This document shows positions 44,601-59,400 of a DNA stretch of 64,000 nucleotides, piece after piece (within the stretch, counting starts at the first letter, position 1; each line of letters opens with the position of its first letter). The notes below the pieces were generated by a model that ran no database searches, had not been told where the DNA came from, and saw only the letters and a program-made list of their open reading frames with translations. The stretch is from contig OZ024754.1 of assembly GCA_964016885.1 (NCBI GenBank), positions 24,552,001 to 24,616,000 of the forward strand, written 5' to 3'. The position numbers and the translations under genes are program-made. This stretch comes from Eledone cirrhosa. Taxonomy: Eukaryota.

Positions 44601-47539
44601 TTACAGATCTACAGATATGGCTACAGATCTATAGATAGCGCTACAGATCTACCGATAGGTCTACAGATAGGGCTACACATCTACAGATAGGGCTACAGAT
44701 CTACAGATAGGGCTACAGATCTACAGATAGGGCTACAGATCTACAGATAGTGCTACAGATCTACAGATAGCGCTACAGATATACATATAGGGCTACAGAT
44801 CTACAGATAGGGCTACAAATCTACAGATATGGCTACAAATCTACCGATAAGGCTACAGATCTACAGATAAGGCTACAGATCTACAGATAGGTCTATAGAT
44901 AGGGCTACAGCACTACCAATAGGTCTACAGATCTACAGATAGTGCTACAGATCTACAGATAGGGCTACAGATGTACAGATCTACAGATAAGGTTACAGAT
45001 CTACATATAGGGCTACAGATCTACAGACAAGGCTACATATCTACAGATAGGGCTACAGATCTACAGATACGGCTACAGATCTACAGACAAGGCTATAGAT
45101 CTACAGATAGGGCTACAGAACTACAGATAAGGCTACAGATCTATAGATAAGGCTACAGGGCTACAGATATACAGATAAAGCTACATATCTATAGATAGGG
45201 TTACAGATCTAGAGATAGGGCTACAGATCTACAGACAAGACTATAGATCTACAGATAAGGCAACATATCTACATATAAGGCTACAGATCTACAGATAAGG
45301 CTACAGATCTACAGTTAGGGCTACAGATATACAGATAGGGCTACAGATCTACAGATAGGGCTACAGATCGACAGATAAGGCTACATATCTACAGGTAGGG
45401 CTACAAATCTACAGATAAGGCTACAAATCTATAGATAAGGCTACAGATCTACAGATAGGGCTACAGATCTACAGATAAGGCCACAGATCAACAGATAAGA
45501 CTGCAGATCTACAGAAAAGGCTACAGATCTAAAGATTAGGCAACAGATCTACAGATAAGGCTACAGATCTACAGATAGGGCTGCAGATCTACAGAGATGT
45601 CTACAGATAGGGCTACAGATCTAAAGATAGCGCTACAGATCTACAGATAGGGCTACAGATCTACAGACAGGGCTAAAGATCTACAGATAGGGCTACAAAC
45701 CTACAGGTAGGGCTACGGATCTACAGATAGGTCTCCAGATATACAGATAGTGGTACAGATCTACAGATAGAGCTACAAATCTACAGATAAAGCTACAAAT
45801 CTACAGATAAGGCTACAGATCTACAGATAAGGCTACAGATAAGGCTACTGATCTACAGATAAGGCTACAGATCTACAGATAGGGCTACAGATCTACAAAT
45901 AAGGCTACAGAGATACATATAGGGCTACAGATCTACAGACAAGGCTACAGAACCTCAGATAAGGCTACAGATCTACAGATAAAGCTACAGATCTACGGAT
46001 AGGGCTACAGATCTACAGATAGCGCTACAGATATACAGATAGGGCTACAGATCTACAGATAGGGCTACAAATCTACAGATATGGCTACAAATCAACCGAT
46101 AAGGCTACAGATCTACAGATAAGGCTACAGATCTACAGATAGTGCTACAGATCTACAGACAAGGCTATAGATCTACAGATAGGGCTACAGAACTACAGAT
46201 GAGGCTACAGATCTATAGATAAGGCTACAGGGCTACAGATATACAGATAAAGCTACATATCTATAGATAGTGCTACAGATCTACAGATAGGGCTACAGAT
46301 CTAAAGATTAGGCAACAGATCTACAGATAAGGCTACAGATCTACAGATAGGGCTGCAGATCTACAGAGATGTCTACAGATAGGGCTACAGATCTAAAGAT
46401 AGCGCTACAGATCTACAGATAGGGCTACAGATCTACAGACAGGGCTAAAGATCTACAGATAGGGCTACAAACCTAGAGGTAGGGCTACGGATCTACAGAT
46501 AGGTCTCCAGATATACAGATAGTGGTACAGATCTACAGATAGAGCTACAAATCTACAGATAAAGCTACAAATCTACAGATAAGGCTACAGATCTACAGAT
46601 AAGGCTACAGATAAGGCTACTGATCTACAGATAAGGCTACAGATCTACAGATAGTGCTACAGATCTACAAATAAGGCTACAGATATACATATAGGGCTAC
46701 AGATCTACAGATAAGGCTACAGATCTACAGATAGCGCTACAGATATACAGATAGGGCTACAGATCTACAGATAGGGCTACAAATCTACAGATATGGCTAC
46801 AAATCAACCGATAAGGCTACAGATCTACAGATATGGCTACAGATCTACAGACAAGGCTATAGATCTACAGATAGGGTTACAGAACTACAGATAAGGCTAC
46901 AGATCTATAGATAAGGCTACAGGGCTACAGATATACAGATAAAGCTACATATCTATAGATAGTGCTACAGATCTACAGATAGGGCTACAGATCTACAGAC
47001 AAGGCTATAGATCTACAGATAAGGCAACAGATCTACATATAAGGCTACAGATCTACAGATAAGGCTACAGATCTACAGATAAGGCTACATATCTACAGGT
47101 AGGGCTACAAATCTACAGATAAGGCTACAAATCTATAGATAAGGCTACAGATCTACAGATAGGGCTACAGATCTACAGATAAGGCCACAGATCAACGGAT
47201 AAGACTGCAGATCTATAGAAAAGGCTACAGATCTAAAGTTTAGGCAACAGATCTACAGATAAGGCTACAGATCTACAGACAGGGCTAAAGATCTACAGAT
47301 AGGGCTACAAACCTACAGGTAGGGCTACGGATCTACAGATAGGTCTCCAGATATACAGATAGAGGTACAGATCTACAGATAGAGCTACAAATCTACAGAT
47401 AAAGCTACAAATCTACAGATAAGGCTACAGATCTACAGATAAGGCTAAAGATAAGGCTACTGAACTACAGATAAGGCTACAGATCTACAGATAGGGCTAC
47501 AGATAAGGCTACAGATCTACAGATAAGTCTAAAAATAGG

Positions 47540-50500
47540 GCTACAGATCTACAAATAGGTCTACAGATAGGGCTACAGATCTACCGATAAAGTTAAAGAT
47601 CTACAGATAAGGCTACAGATCTACAGATAAGGTTACAGATCTACAGATAGGGCTCAGATCTAAAGATTAGGCAACAGATCTACAGATAAGGCTACAGATC
47701 TACAGATAGGGCTGCAGATCTACAGAGATGTCTACAGATAGGGCTACAGATCTAACGATAGCGCTACAGATCTACAGATAGGGCTACAGATCTACAGACA
47801 GGGCTAAAGATCTACAGATAGGGCTACAAACCTACAGGTAGGGCTACGGATCTACAGATAGGTTTCCAGATATACAGATAGTGGTACAGATCTACAGATA
47901 GAGCTACAAATCTACAGATAAAGCTACAAATCTACAGATAAGGCTACAGATCTACAGATAAGGCTACTGATCTACAGATAAGGCTACAGATCTACAGATA
48001 GGGCTACAGATCTACAAATAAGGCTACAGAGATACAAATAGGTCTACAGATAGGGCTACAGATCTACCGATAAAGTTAAAGATCTACAGATAATGCTACA
48101 GATCTACAGATAGGGCTACAGATCTACAGATAGGGCTACAAATCTACAGATATGGCTACAAATCATCCGATAAGGCTACAGATCTACAGATAAGGCTACA
48201 GATCTGCAGATAGGGCTACAGATCTACAGACAAGGCTATAGATCTACAGATAGGGCTACAGAACTACAGATAAGGCTACAGATCTATAGATAAGGCTACA
48301 GGGCTACAGATATACAGTTAAAGCTACATATCTATAGATAGTGCTACAGATCTACAGATAGGGCTACAGATCTACAGACAAGGCTATAGATCTACAGATA
48401 AGGCAACAGATCTACATATAAGGCTACAGATCTACAGATAAGGCTACAGATCTACAGTTAGGGCTACAGATATACAGATAGGGCTACAGATCTACAGATA
48501 GGGCTACAGATCTACAGATAAGGCTACATATCTACAGGTAGGGCTACAAATCTACAGATAAGGCTACAAATCTATAGATAAGTCTACAGATCTACAGATA
48601 GGGCTACAGATCTACAGATAAGGCCACAGATCAACAGATAAGACTGCAGATCTATAGAAAAGGCTACAGATCTAAAGTTTAGGCAACAGATCTACAGATA
48701 AGGCTACAGATCTACAGATGGGGCTGCAGATCGACAGAGATGTCTACAGATAGGGCTACAGATCTAAAGATAGCGCTACAGATCTACAGATAGGGCTACA
48801 GATCTACAGATAGGGCTAAAGATCTACAGATAGGGCTACAAACCTACAGGTAGGGCTACGGATCTACAGATAGGTCTCCAGATATACAGATAGTGATACA
48901 GATCTACAGATAGAGCTACAAATCTACAGATAAAGCTACAAATCTACAGATAAGGCTACAGATCTACAGATAAGGCTAGAGATAAGGCTACTGAACTACA
49001 GATAAGGCTACAGATCTACAGATAGGGCTACAGATAAGGCTACAGATCTACAGATAAGTCTAAAAATAGGGCAACAGATCTACAAATAGGTCTACAGATA
49101 GGGCTACAGATCTACCGATAAAGTTAAAGATCTACAGTTAAGGCTACAGATCTACAGATAAGGCTACAGATCTACAGATAGGGCTCAGATCTACAGATCT
49201 AAAGATAAGGCTACAGATCTACATATAGGGCTACAGATATACAGACAAGGCTACAGATCTACAGATAGGGCTACAGATCTACAAATAAGGCTACAGAGAT
49301 ACATATAGGGCTACAGATCTACAGACAAGGCTACAGAACCTCAGATAAGGCTACAGATCTACAGATAAAGCTACAGATCTACGGATAGGGCTACAGATCT
49401 ACAGATAGCGCTACAGATATACAGATAGGGCTACAGATCTACAGATAGGGCTACAAATCTACAGATATGGCTACAAATCAACCGATAAGGCTACAGATCT
49501 ACAGATAAGGCTACAGATCTACATATAGGGCTACAGATCTACAGACAAGGCTACATACCTACAGATAGGGCTACAGATCTACAGATAGGGCTACAGATCT
49601 ACAGACAAGGCTATAGTTCTACAGATAGGGCTACAGAACTACAGATAAGGCTACAGATCTATAGATAAGGCTACAGGGCTACAGATATACAGATAAAGCT
49701 ACATATCTATAGATAGTGCTACAGATCTACAGATAGGGCTACAGATCTACAGACAAGGCTATAGATCTACAGATAAGGCAACAGATCTACATATAAGGCT
49801 ACAGATCTACAGATAAGGCTACAGATCTACAGTTAGGGCTACAGATATACATATACGGCTACAGATCTACAGATAGGGCTACAGATCTACAGATAAGGCT
49901 ACATATCTACAGGTAGGGCTACAAATCAAAAGATAAGGCTACAAATCTATAGATAAGGCTACAGATCTACAGATAGGGCTACAGATCTACAGATAAGGCC
50001 ACAGATCAACAGATAAGACTGCAGATCTACAGAAAAGGCTACAGATCTAAAGATAAGGCAACAGATCTACAGATAAGGCTACAGATCTACAGATAGGGCT
50101 GCAGATCTACAGAGATGTCTACAGATGGGGCTACAGATCTAAAGATAGCGCTACAGATCTACAGATAGGGCTACAGATATACAGACAGGGCTAAAGATCT
50201 ACAGATAGGGCTACAAACCTACAGGTAGGGCTACGGATCTACAGATAGGTCTCCAGATATACAGAATGTGGTACAGATCTACAGATAGGGCTACAAATCT
50301 ACAGATAAAGCTACAAATCTACAGATAAGGCTACAAATCTACAGATAAGGCTACAGATAAGGCTACTGACCTATAGATAAGGCTACAGAACTACAGATAG
50401 GCTACAGATAAGGCTACAGATCTACAGATAAGGCTACAAATAGTGCTACAGATCTACAAATAGGTCTACAGATAGGGCTACAGATCTACCGATAAAGTTA

Positions 50501-53416
50501 AAGATCTACAGATAAGGCTACAGATCTACAGATAAGGTTACAGATCTACAGATAGGGCTCAGATCTAAAGATTAGGCAACAGATCTACAGATAAGGCTAC
50601 AGATCTACAGATAGGGCTGCAGATCTACAGAGATGTCTACAGATAGGGCTACAGATCTAAAGATAGCGCTACAGATCTACAGATAGGGCTACAGATCTAC
50701 AGACAGGGCTAAAGATCTACAGATAGGGCTACAAACCTACAGGTAGGGCTACGGATCTACAGATAGGTTTCCAGATATACAGATAGTGGTACAGATCTAC
50801 AGATAGAGCTACAAATCTACAGATAAAGCTACAAATCTACAGATAAGGCTACAGATCTACAGATAAGGCTACTGATCTACAGATAAGGCTACAGATCTAC
50901 AGATAGGGCTACAGATCTACAAATAAGGCTACAGAGATACAAATAGGTCTACAGATAGGGCTACAGATCTACCGATAAAGTTAAAGATCTACAGATAATG
51001 CTACAGATCTACAGATAGGGCTACAGATCTACAGATAGGGCTACAAATCTACAGATATGGCTACAAATCAACCGATAAGGCTACAGATCTACAGATAAGG
51101 CTACAGATCTGCAGATAGGGCTACAGATCTACAGACAAGGCTATAGATCTACAGATAGGGCTACAGAACTACAGATAAGGCTACAGATCTATAGATAAGG
51201 CTACAGGGCTACAGATATACAGTTAAAGCTACATATCTATAGATAGTGCTACAGATCTACAGATAGGGCTACAGATCTACAGACAAGGCTATAGATCTAC
51301 AGATAAGGCAACAGATCTACATATAAGGCTACAGATCTACAGATAAGGCTACAGATCTACAGTTAGTGCTACAGATATACAGATAGGGCTACAGATCTAC
51401 AGATAGGGCTACAGATCTACAGATAAGGCTACATATCTACAGGTAGGGCTACAAATCTACAGATAAGGCTACAAATCTATAGATAAGGCTACAGATCTAC
51501 AGATAGGGCTACAGATCTACAGATAAGGCCACAGATCAACAGATAAGACTGCAGATCTATAGAAAAGGCTACAGATCTAAAGTTTAGGCAACAGATCTAC
51601 AGATAAGGCTACAGATCTACAGATGGGGCTGCAGATCGACAGAGATGTCTACAGATAGGGCTACAGATCTAAAGATAGCGCTACAGATCTACAGATAGGG
51701 CTACAGATCTACAGATAGGGCTAAAGATCTACAGATAGGGCTACAAACCTACAGGTAGGGCTACGGATCTACAGATAGGTCTCCAGATATACAGATAGTG
51801 ATACAGATCTACAGATAGAGCTACAAATCTACAGATAAAGCTACAAATCTACAGATAAGGCTACAGATCTACAGATAAGGCTAGAGATAAGGCTACTGAA
51901 CTACAGATAAGGCTACAGATCTACAGATAGGGCTACAGATAAGGCTACAGATCTACAGATAAGTCTAAAAATAGGGCAACAGATCTACAAATAGGTCTAC
52001 AGATAGGGCTACAGATCTACCGATAAAGTTAAAGATCTACAGTTAAGGCTACAGATCTACAGATAAGGCTACAGATCTACAGATAGGGCTCAGATCTACA
52101 GATCTAAAGATAAGGCTACAGATCTACATATAGGGCTACAGATATACAGACAAGGCTACAGATCTACAGATAGGGCTACAGATCTACAAATAAGGCTACA
52201 GAGATACATATAGGGCTACAGATCTACAGACAAGGCTACAGAACCTCAGATAAGGCTACAGATCTACAGATAAAGCTACAGATCTACGGATAGGGCTACA
52301 GATCTACAGATAGCGCTACAGATATACAGATAGGGCTACAGATCTACAGATAGGGCTACAAATCTACAGATATGGCTACAAATCAACCGATAAGGCTACA
52401 GATCTACAGATAAGGCTACAGATCTACATATAGGGCTACAGATCTACAGACAAGGCTACATACCTACAGATAGGGCTACAGATCTACAGATAGGGCTACA
52501 GATCTACAGACAAGGCTATAGTTCTACAGATAGGGCTACAGAACTACAGATAAGGCTACAGATCTATAGATAAGGCTACAGGGCTACAGATATACAGATA
52601 AAGCTACATATCTATAGATAGTGCTACAGATCTACAGATAGGGCTACAGATCTACAGACAAGGCTATAGATCTACAGATAAGGCAACAGATCTACATATA
52701 AGGCTACAGATCTACAGATAAGGCTACAGATCTACAGTTAGGGCTACAGATATACATATACGGCTACAGATCTACAGATAGGGCTACAGATCTACAGATA
52801 AGGCTACATATCTACAGGTAGGGCTACAAATCAAAAGATAAGGCTACAAATCTATAGATAAGGCTACAGATCTACAGATAGGGCTACAGATCTACAGATA
52901 AGGCCACAGATCAACAGATAAGACTGCAGATCTACAGAAAAGGCTACAGATCTAAAGATAAGGCAACAGATCTACAGATAAGGCTACAGATCTACAGATA
53001 GGGCTGCAGATCTACAGAGATGTCTACAGATGGGGCTACAGATCTAAAGATAGCGCTACAGATCTACAGATAGGGCTACAGATATACAGACAGGGCTAAA
53101 GATCTACAGATAGGGCTACAAACCTACAGGTAGGGCTACGGATCTACAGATAGGTCTCCAGATATACAGAATGTGGTACAGATCTACAGATAGGGCTACA
53201 AATCTACAGATAAAGCTACAAATCTACAGATAAGGCTACAAATCTACAGATAAGGCTACAGATAAGGCTACTGACCTATAGATAAGGCTACAGAACTACA
53301 GATAGGCTACAGATAAGGCTACAGATCTACAGATAAGGCTACAAATAGTGCTACAGATCTACAAATAGGTCTACAGATAGGGCTACAGATCTACCGATAA
53401 AGTTAAAGATCTACAG
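47540..53416 (+). repeat. Tandem duplication, period 2905 bp (2 copies; a third copy lies at ~57411-60380)
   Basis: GGTTTCC 47861/50766, CTACCGAT 47581/50486, AATGTGG 50265/53170, and cassettes 47830/50735, 48842/51747, 50217/53122 are all offset by 2905. At least four mismatches noticed (near 47756, 48166, 48462, 48583). Confidence 0.9.
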
Positions 53417-56400
53417 TTAAGGCTACAGATCTACAGATAAGGCTACAGATCTACAGATAGGGCTCAGGTCTACAGATCTAAAGATAAGGCTACAGATCTA
53501 CATATAGGGCTACAGATATACAGACAAGGTTACAGATCTACAGATAGGGCTACAGATCTACAAATAAGGCTACAGATATACATATAGGGCTACAGATCTA
53601 CAGACAAGGCTACAGAACCTCAGATAAGGCTACAGATCTACAGATAAAGCTACAGATCTACGGATAGGGCTACAGATCTACAGATATGGCTATATATCTA
53701 CAGAAAGGGCTACAGATCTACAGATAAGGCTACAGATCTACATATAAGGCTACAGATCTACAGATAAAACTACAGATCTACAGATAGGGCTACAGATCTA
53801 CAGATAAGGCTACAGATCTACAGTTAGGGCTACAGATCTACAGATAAGGCTACAGATCGACAGATAAAACTACAGGGCTACAGATCTACAGATAGGTCTA
53901 CATATCTACAAATCTACAGATATGGCTAGAGATCTACAGATAAGGCTACAGATCTACAGATAGGGCTGCCGATCTACAGATAAGGCTACAGATCTATAGA
54001 TAAAGCTACAGATGGACAGATAAGGCCACAGATCTACAGATAAGACTGCAGATCTACAGATAAGGCTACAGATCTACAGATAAAGCTACAGATCTAAAGA
54101 TAAAGCTACAGAAATACAGATAAAATTACAGATCTACAGATATGGCTACAGATCTACAGATATTTCTACAGATAGTGCTACATATCTAAAGATAGCGCTA
54201 CAGATCTACCGATAGGTCTACAGATAGGGCTACACATCTACAGGTAGGGCTACAGATCTACAGATAGGGCTACAGATCTACAGGTAGGGCTACAGATCTA
54301 CAGATAGGGCTACAGATCTACAGATAGCGCTACAGATATACAGATAGGGCTACAGTTCTACAGATAGGGCTACAAATCTACAGATATGGCTGCAAATCTA
54401 CCGATAAGGCTACAGATCTACAGATAAGGCTACAGATCTACAGATACGTCTACAGATAGGGCTACAGCACTACAAATAGGTCTACAGATCTACAGATAGT
54501 GCTACAGATCTACAGATAGGGCTACAGATGTACAGATCTACAGATAAGGTTACAGATCTACATATAGGGCTACAGATCTACAGACAAGGCTACATATCTA
54601 CAGATAGGGCTACAGATCTACAGATACGGCTACAGATCTACAGACAACGCTATAGATCTACAGATAGGGCTACAGAACTACAGATAAGGCTACAGATCTA
54701 TAGATAAGGCTACAGGGCTACAGATATACAGATAAAGCTACATATCTATAGATAGGGTTACAGATCTACAGATAGGGCTACAGATCTACAGACAAGACTA
54801 TAGATCTACAGATAAGGCAACAGATCTACATATAAGGCTACAGATCTACAGATAAGGCTACAGATCTACAGTTAGGGCTACAGATATACAGATAGGGCTA
54901 CAGATCTACAGATAGGGCTACAGATCTACAGATAAGGCTACATATCTACAGGTAGGGCTACAAATCTACAGATAAGGCTACAAATCTATAGATAAGGCTA
55001 CAGATCTACAGATAGGGCTACAGATCTACAGATAAGGCCACAGATCAACAGATAAGACTGCAGATCTACAGAAAAGGCTACAGATCTAAAGATTAGGCAA
55101 CAGATCTACAGATAAGGCTACAGATCTACAGATAGGGCTGCAGATCTACAGAGATGTCTACAGATAGGGCTACAGATCTAAAGATAGCGCTACAGATCTA
55201 CAGATAGGGCTACAGATCTACAGACAGGGCTAAAGATCTACAGATAGGGCTACAAACCTACAGGTAGGGCTACGGATCTACAGATAGGTCTCCAGATATA
55301 CAGATAGTGGTACAGATCTACAGATAGAGCTACAAATCTACAGATAAAGCTACAAATCTACAGATAAGTCTACAAATAGAGCTACAGATCTACAAATAGG
55401 TCTACAGATAGGGCTACAGATCTACCAATAAAGTTAAAGATCTACAGATAAGGCTACAGATCTACAGATAAGGCTACAGATCTACAGATAGGGCTCAGAT
55501 CTACAGATCTAAAGATAAGGCTACAGATCTACATATAGGGTTACAGATATACAGACAAGGCTACAGAACCTCAGATAAGGCTACAGATCTACAGATAAAG
55601 CTACAGATCTACGGATAGGGCTACAGATCTACAGATATGGCTACATATCTACAGAAAGGGCTACAGATCTACAGATAAGGCTACAGATCTACACATAAGG
55701 CTACAGATCTACAGTTAGGGCTACAGATCTACAGATAAGGCTACAGATCGACAGATAAAACTACAGGGCTACAGATCTACAGATAGGTCTACATAGCTAC
55801 AAATCTGCAGATAAGCCTAGAGATCTACAGATAAGGTTACAGATCTACAGATAGGGCTACAGATCTATAGATAAAGCTACAGATGGACAGATAAGGCCAC
55901 AGATCTACAGATAAGACTGCAGATCTACAGATAAGGCTAAAGATCTACAGATAGGGCTACAGATCTTCAGATAAATCTACAATCCGACGGATAGAGCTAC
56001 AGATCTACAGATAAAGCTACATATCTCAAGATAAAGCTACAGTTCTACAGATAAAGCTACAGATCTAAAGATAAAACTACAGAAATACATATAAAATTAC
56101 AGATCTACAGATATGGCTACAGTTCTACAGATATGTCTACAGATCTACAGACAAGGCTACATATCTACAGATAGCGCTACAGATCTACTGATAGGTCTAC
56201 AGATAGGGCTACAGATCTACAGATAGCGCTAGAGATCTACAGATAGGGCTACAGATCTACAGATAGGGCTGCAGATCTACAGATATGGCTACAGATCTAC
56301 AGATAGGGCTACAAATCTACAGATATTGCTACAAATCTACCGATAAGGCTACAGATCTACAGATAAGGCTACAGATCTACAGATAGGGCTACAGATGTAC

Positions 56401-59400
56401 AGATCTACAGATAAGGCTACAGATCTACATATAGGGCTACAGAACTACAGACAAGGCTACATATCTACAGATAGGGCTACAGATCTACAGATAGGGCTAC
56501 AGATCTACAGACAAGGCTATAGATCTACAGATAGGGCTACAGATCTACAGATACGGCTACAGATCTACAGACAAGGCTATAGATCTACAGATAGGGCTAC
56601 AGAACTACAGATAAGGCTACAGATCTATAGATAAGGCTACAGGGCAACAGATATACAGATAAAGCTACATATCTATAGATAGGGTTACAGATCTACAGAT
56701 AGGGCTACAGATCTACAGACAAGACTATAGATCTACATATAAAGCAACAGATCTACATATAAGGCTACAGATCTACAGATAAGGCTACAGATCTACAGTT
56801 AGGGCTACAGATATACAGATAGGGCTACAGATCTACAGATAGGGCTACAGATCTACAGATAAGGCTACATATCTACAGGTAGGGCTACAAATCTACAGAT
56901 AAGGCTACAAATCTATAGATAAGGCTACAGATCTACAGATAGGGCTACAGATCTACAGATAAGGCCACAGATCAACAGATAAGACTGCAGATCTACAGAA
57001 AAGGCTACAGATCTAAAGATAAGGCAACAGATCTACAGATAAGGCTACAGATCTACAGATAGGGCTGCAGATCTACAGAGATGTCTACAGATGGGGCTAC
57101 AGATCTAAAGATAGCGCTACAGATCTACAGATAGGGCTACAGATATACAGACAGGGCTAAAGATCTACAGATAGGGCTACAAACCTACAGGTAGGGCTAC
57201 GGATCTACAGATAGGTCTCCAGATATACAGAATGTGGTACAGATCTACAGATAGGGCTACAAATCTACAGATAAAGCTACAAATCTACAGATAAGGCTAC
57301 AAATCTACAGATAAGGCTACAGATAAGGCTACTGACCTATAGATAAGGCTACAGAACTACAGATAGGCTACAGATAAGGCTACAGATCTACAGATAAGGC
57401 TACAAATAGTGCTACAGATCTACAAATAGGTCTACAGATAGGGCTACAGATCTACCGATAAAGTTAAAGATCTACAGATAAGGCTACAGATCTACAGATA
57501 AGGTTACAGATCTACAGATAGGGCTCAGATCTAAAGATTAGGCAACAGATCTACAGATAAGGCTACAGATCTACAGATAGGGCTGCAGATCTACAGAGAT
57601 GTCTACAGATAGGGCTACAGATCTAAAGATAGCGCTACAGATCTACAGATAGGGCTACAGATCTACAGACAGGGCTAAAGATCTACAGATAGGGCTACAA
57701 ACCTACAGGTAGGGCTACGGATCTACAGATAGGTTTCCAGATATACAGATAGTGGTACAGATCTACAGATAGAGCTACAAATCTACAGATAAAGCTACAA
57801 ATCTACAGATAAGGCTACAGATCTACAGATAAGGCTACTGATCTACAGATAAGGCTACAGATCTACAGATAGGGCTACAGATCTACAAATAAGGCTACAG
57901 AGATACAAATAGGTCTACAGATAGGGCTACAGATCTACCGATAAAGTTAAAGATCTACAGATAATGCTACAGATCTACAGATAGGGCTACAGATCTACAG
58001 ATAGGGCTACAAATCTACAGATATGGCTACAAATCAACCGATAAGGCTACAGATCTACAGATAAGGCTACAGATCTGCAGATAGGGCTACAGATCTACAG
58101 ACAAGGCTATAGATCTACAGATAGGGCTACAGAACTACAGATAAGGCTACAGATCTATAGATAAGGCTACAGGGCTACAGATATACAGTTAAAGCTACAT
58201 ATCTATAGATAGTGCTACAGATCTACAGATAGGGCTACAGATCTACAGACAAGGCTATAGATCTACAGATAAGGCAACAGATCTACATATAAGGCTACAG
58301 ATCTACAGATAAGGCTACAGATCTACAGTTAGTGCTACAGATATACAGATAGGGCTACAGATCTACAGATAGGGCTACAGATCTACAGATAAGGCTACAT
58401 ATCTACAGGTAGGGCTACAAATCTACAGATAAGGCTACAAATCTATAGATAAGGCTACAGATCTACAGATAGGGCTACAGATCTACAGATAAGGCCACAG
58501 ATCAACAGATAAGACTGCAGATCTATAGAAAAGGCTACAGATCTAAAGTTTAGGCAACAGATCTACAGATAAGGCTACAGATCTACAGATGGGGCTGCAG
58601 ATCGACAGAGATGTCTACAGATAGGGCTACAGATCTAAAGATAGCGCTACAGATCTACAGATAGGGCTACAGATCTACAGATAGGGCTAAAGATCTACAG
58701 ATAGGGCTACAAACCTACAGGTAGGGCTACGGATCTACAGATAGGTCTCCAGATATACAGATAGTGATACAGATCTACAGATAGAGCTACAAATCTACAG
58801 ATAAAGCTACAAATCTACAGATAAGGCTACAGATCTACAGATAAGGCTAGAGATAAGGCTACTGAACTACAGATAAGGCTACAGATCTACAGATAGGGCT
58901 ACAGATAAGGCTACAGATCTACAGATAAGTCTAAAAATAGGGCAACAGATCTACAAATAGGTCTACAGATAGGGCTACAGATCTACCGATAAAGTTAAAG
59001 ATCTACAGTTAAGGCTACAGATCTACAGATAAGGCTACAGATCTACAGATAGGGCTCAGATCTACAGATCTAAAGATAAGGCTACAGATCTACATATAGG
59101 GCTACAGATATACAGACAAGGCTACAGATCTACAGATAGGGCTACAGATCTACAAATAAGGCTACAGAGATACATATAGGGCTACAGATCTACAGACAAG
59201 GCTACAGAACCTCAGATAAGGCTACAGATCTACAGATAAAGCTACAGATCTACGGATAGGGCTACAGATCTACAGATAGCGCTACAGATATACAGATAGG
59301 GCTACAGATCTACAGATAGGGCTACAAATCTACAGATATGGCTACAAATCAACCGATAAGGCTACAGATCTACAGATAAGGCTACAGATCTACATATAGG

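Noticed and set aside
56395-56634. 79-aa ORF as a real CDS
   Set aside because: It is a direct translation of the satellite with a 20-aa period and has no distinct flanking or regulatory sequence. It is open only through chance loss of three stops.
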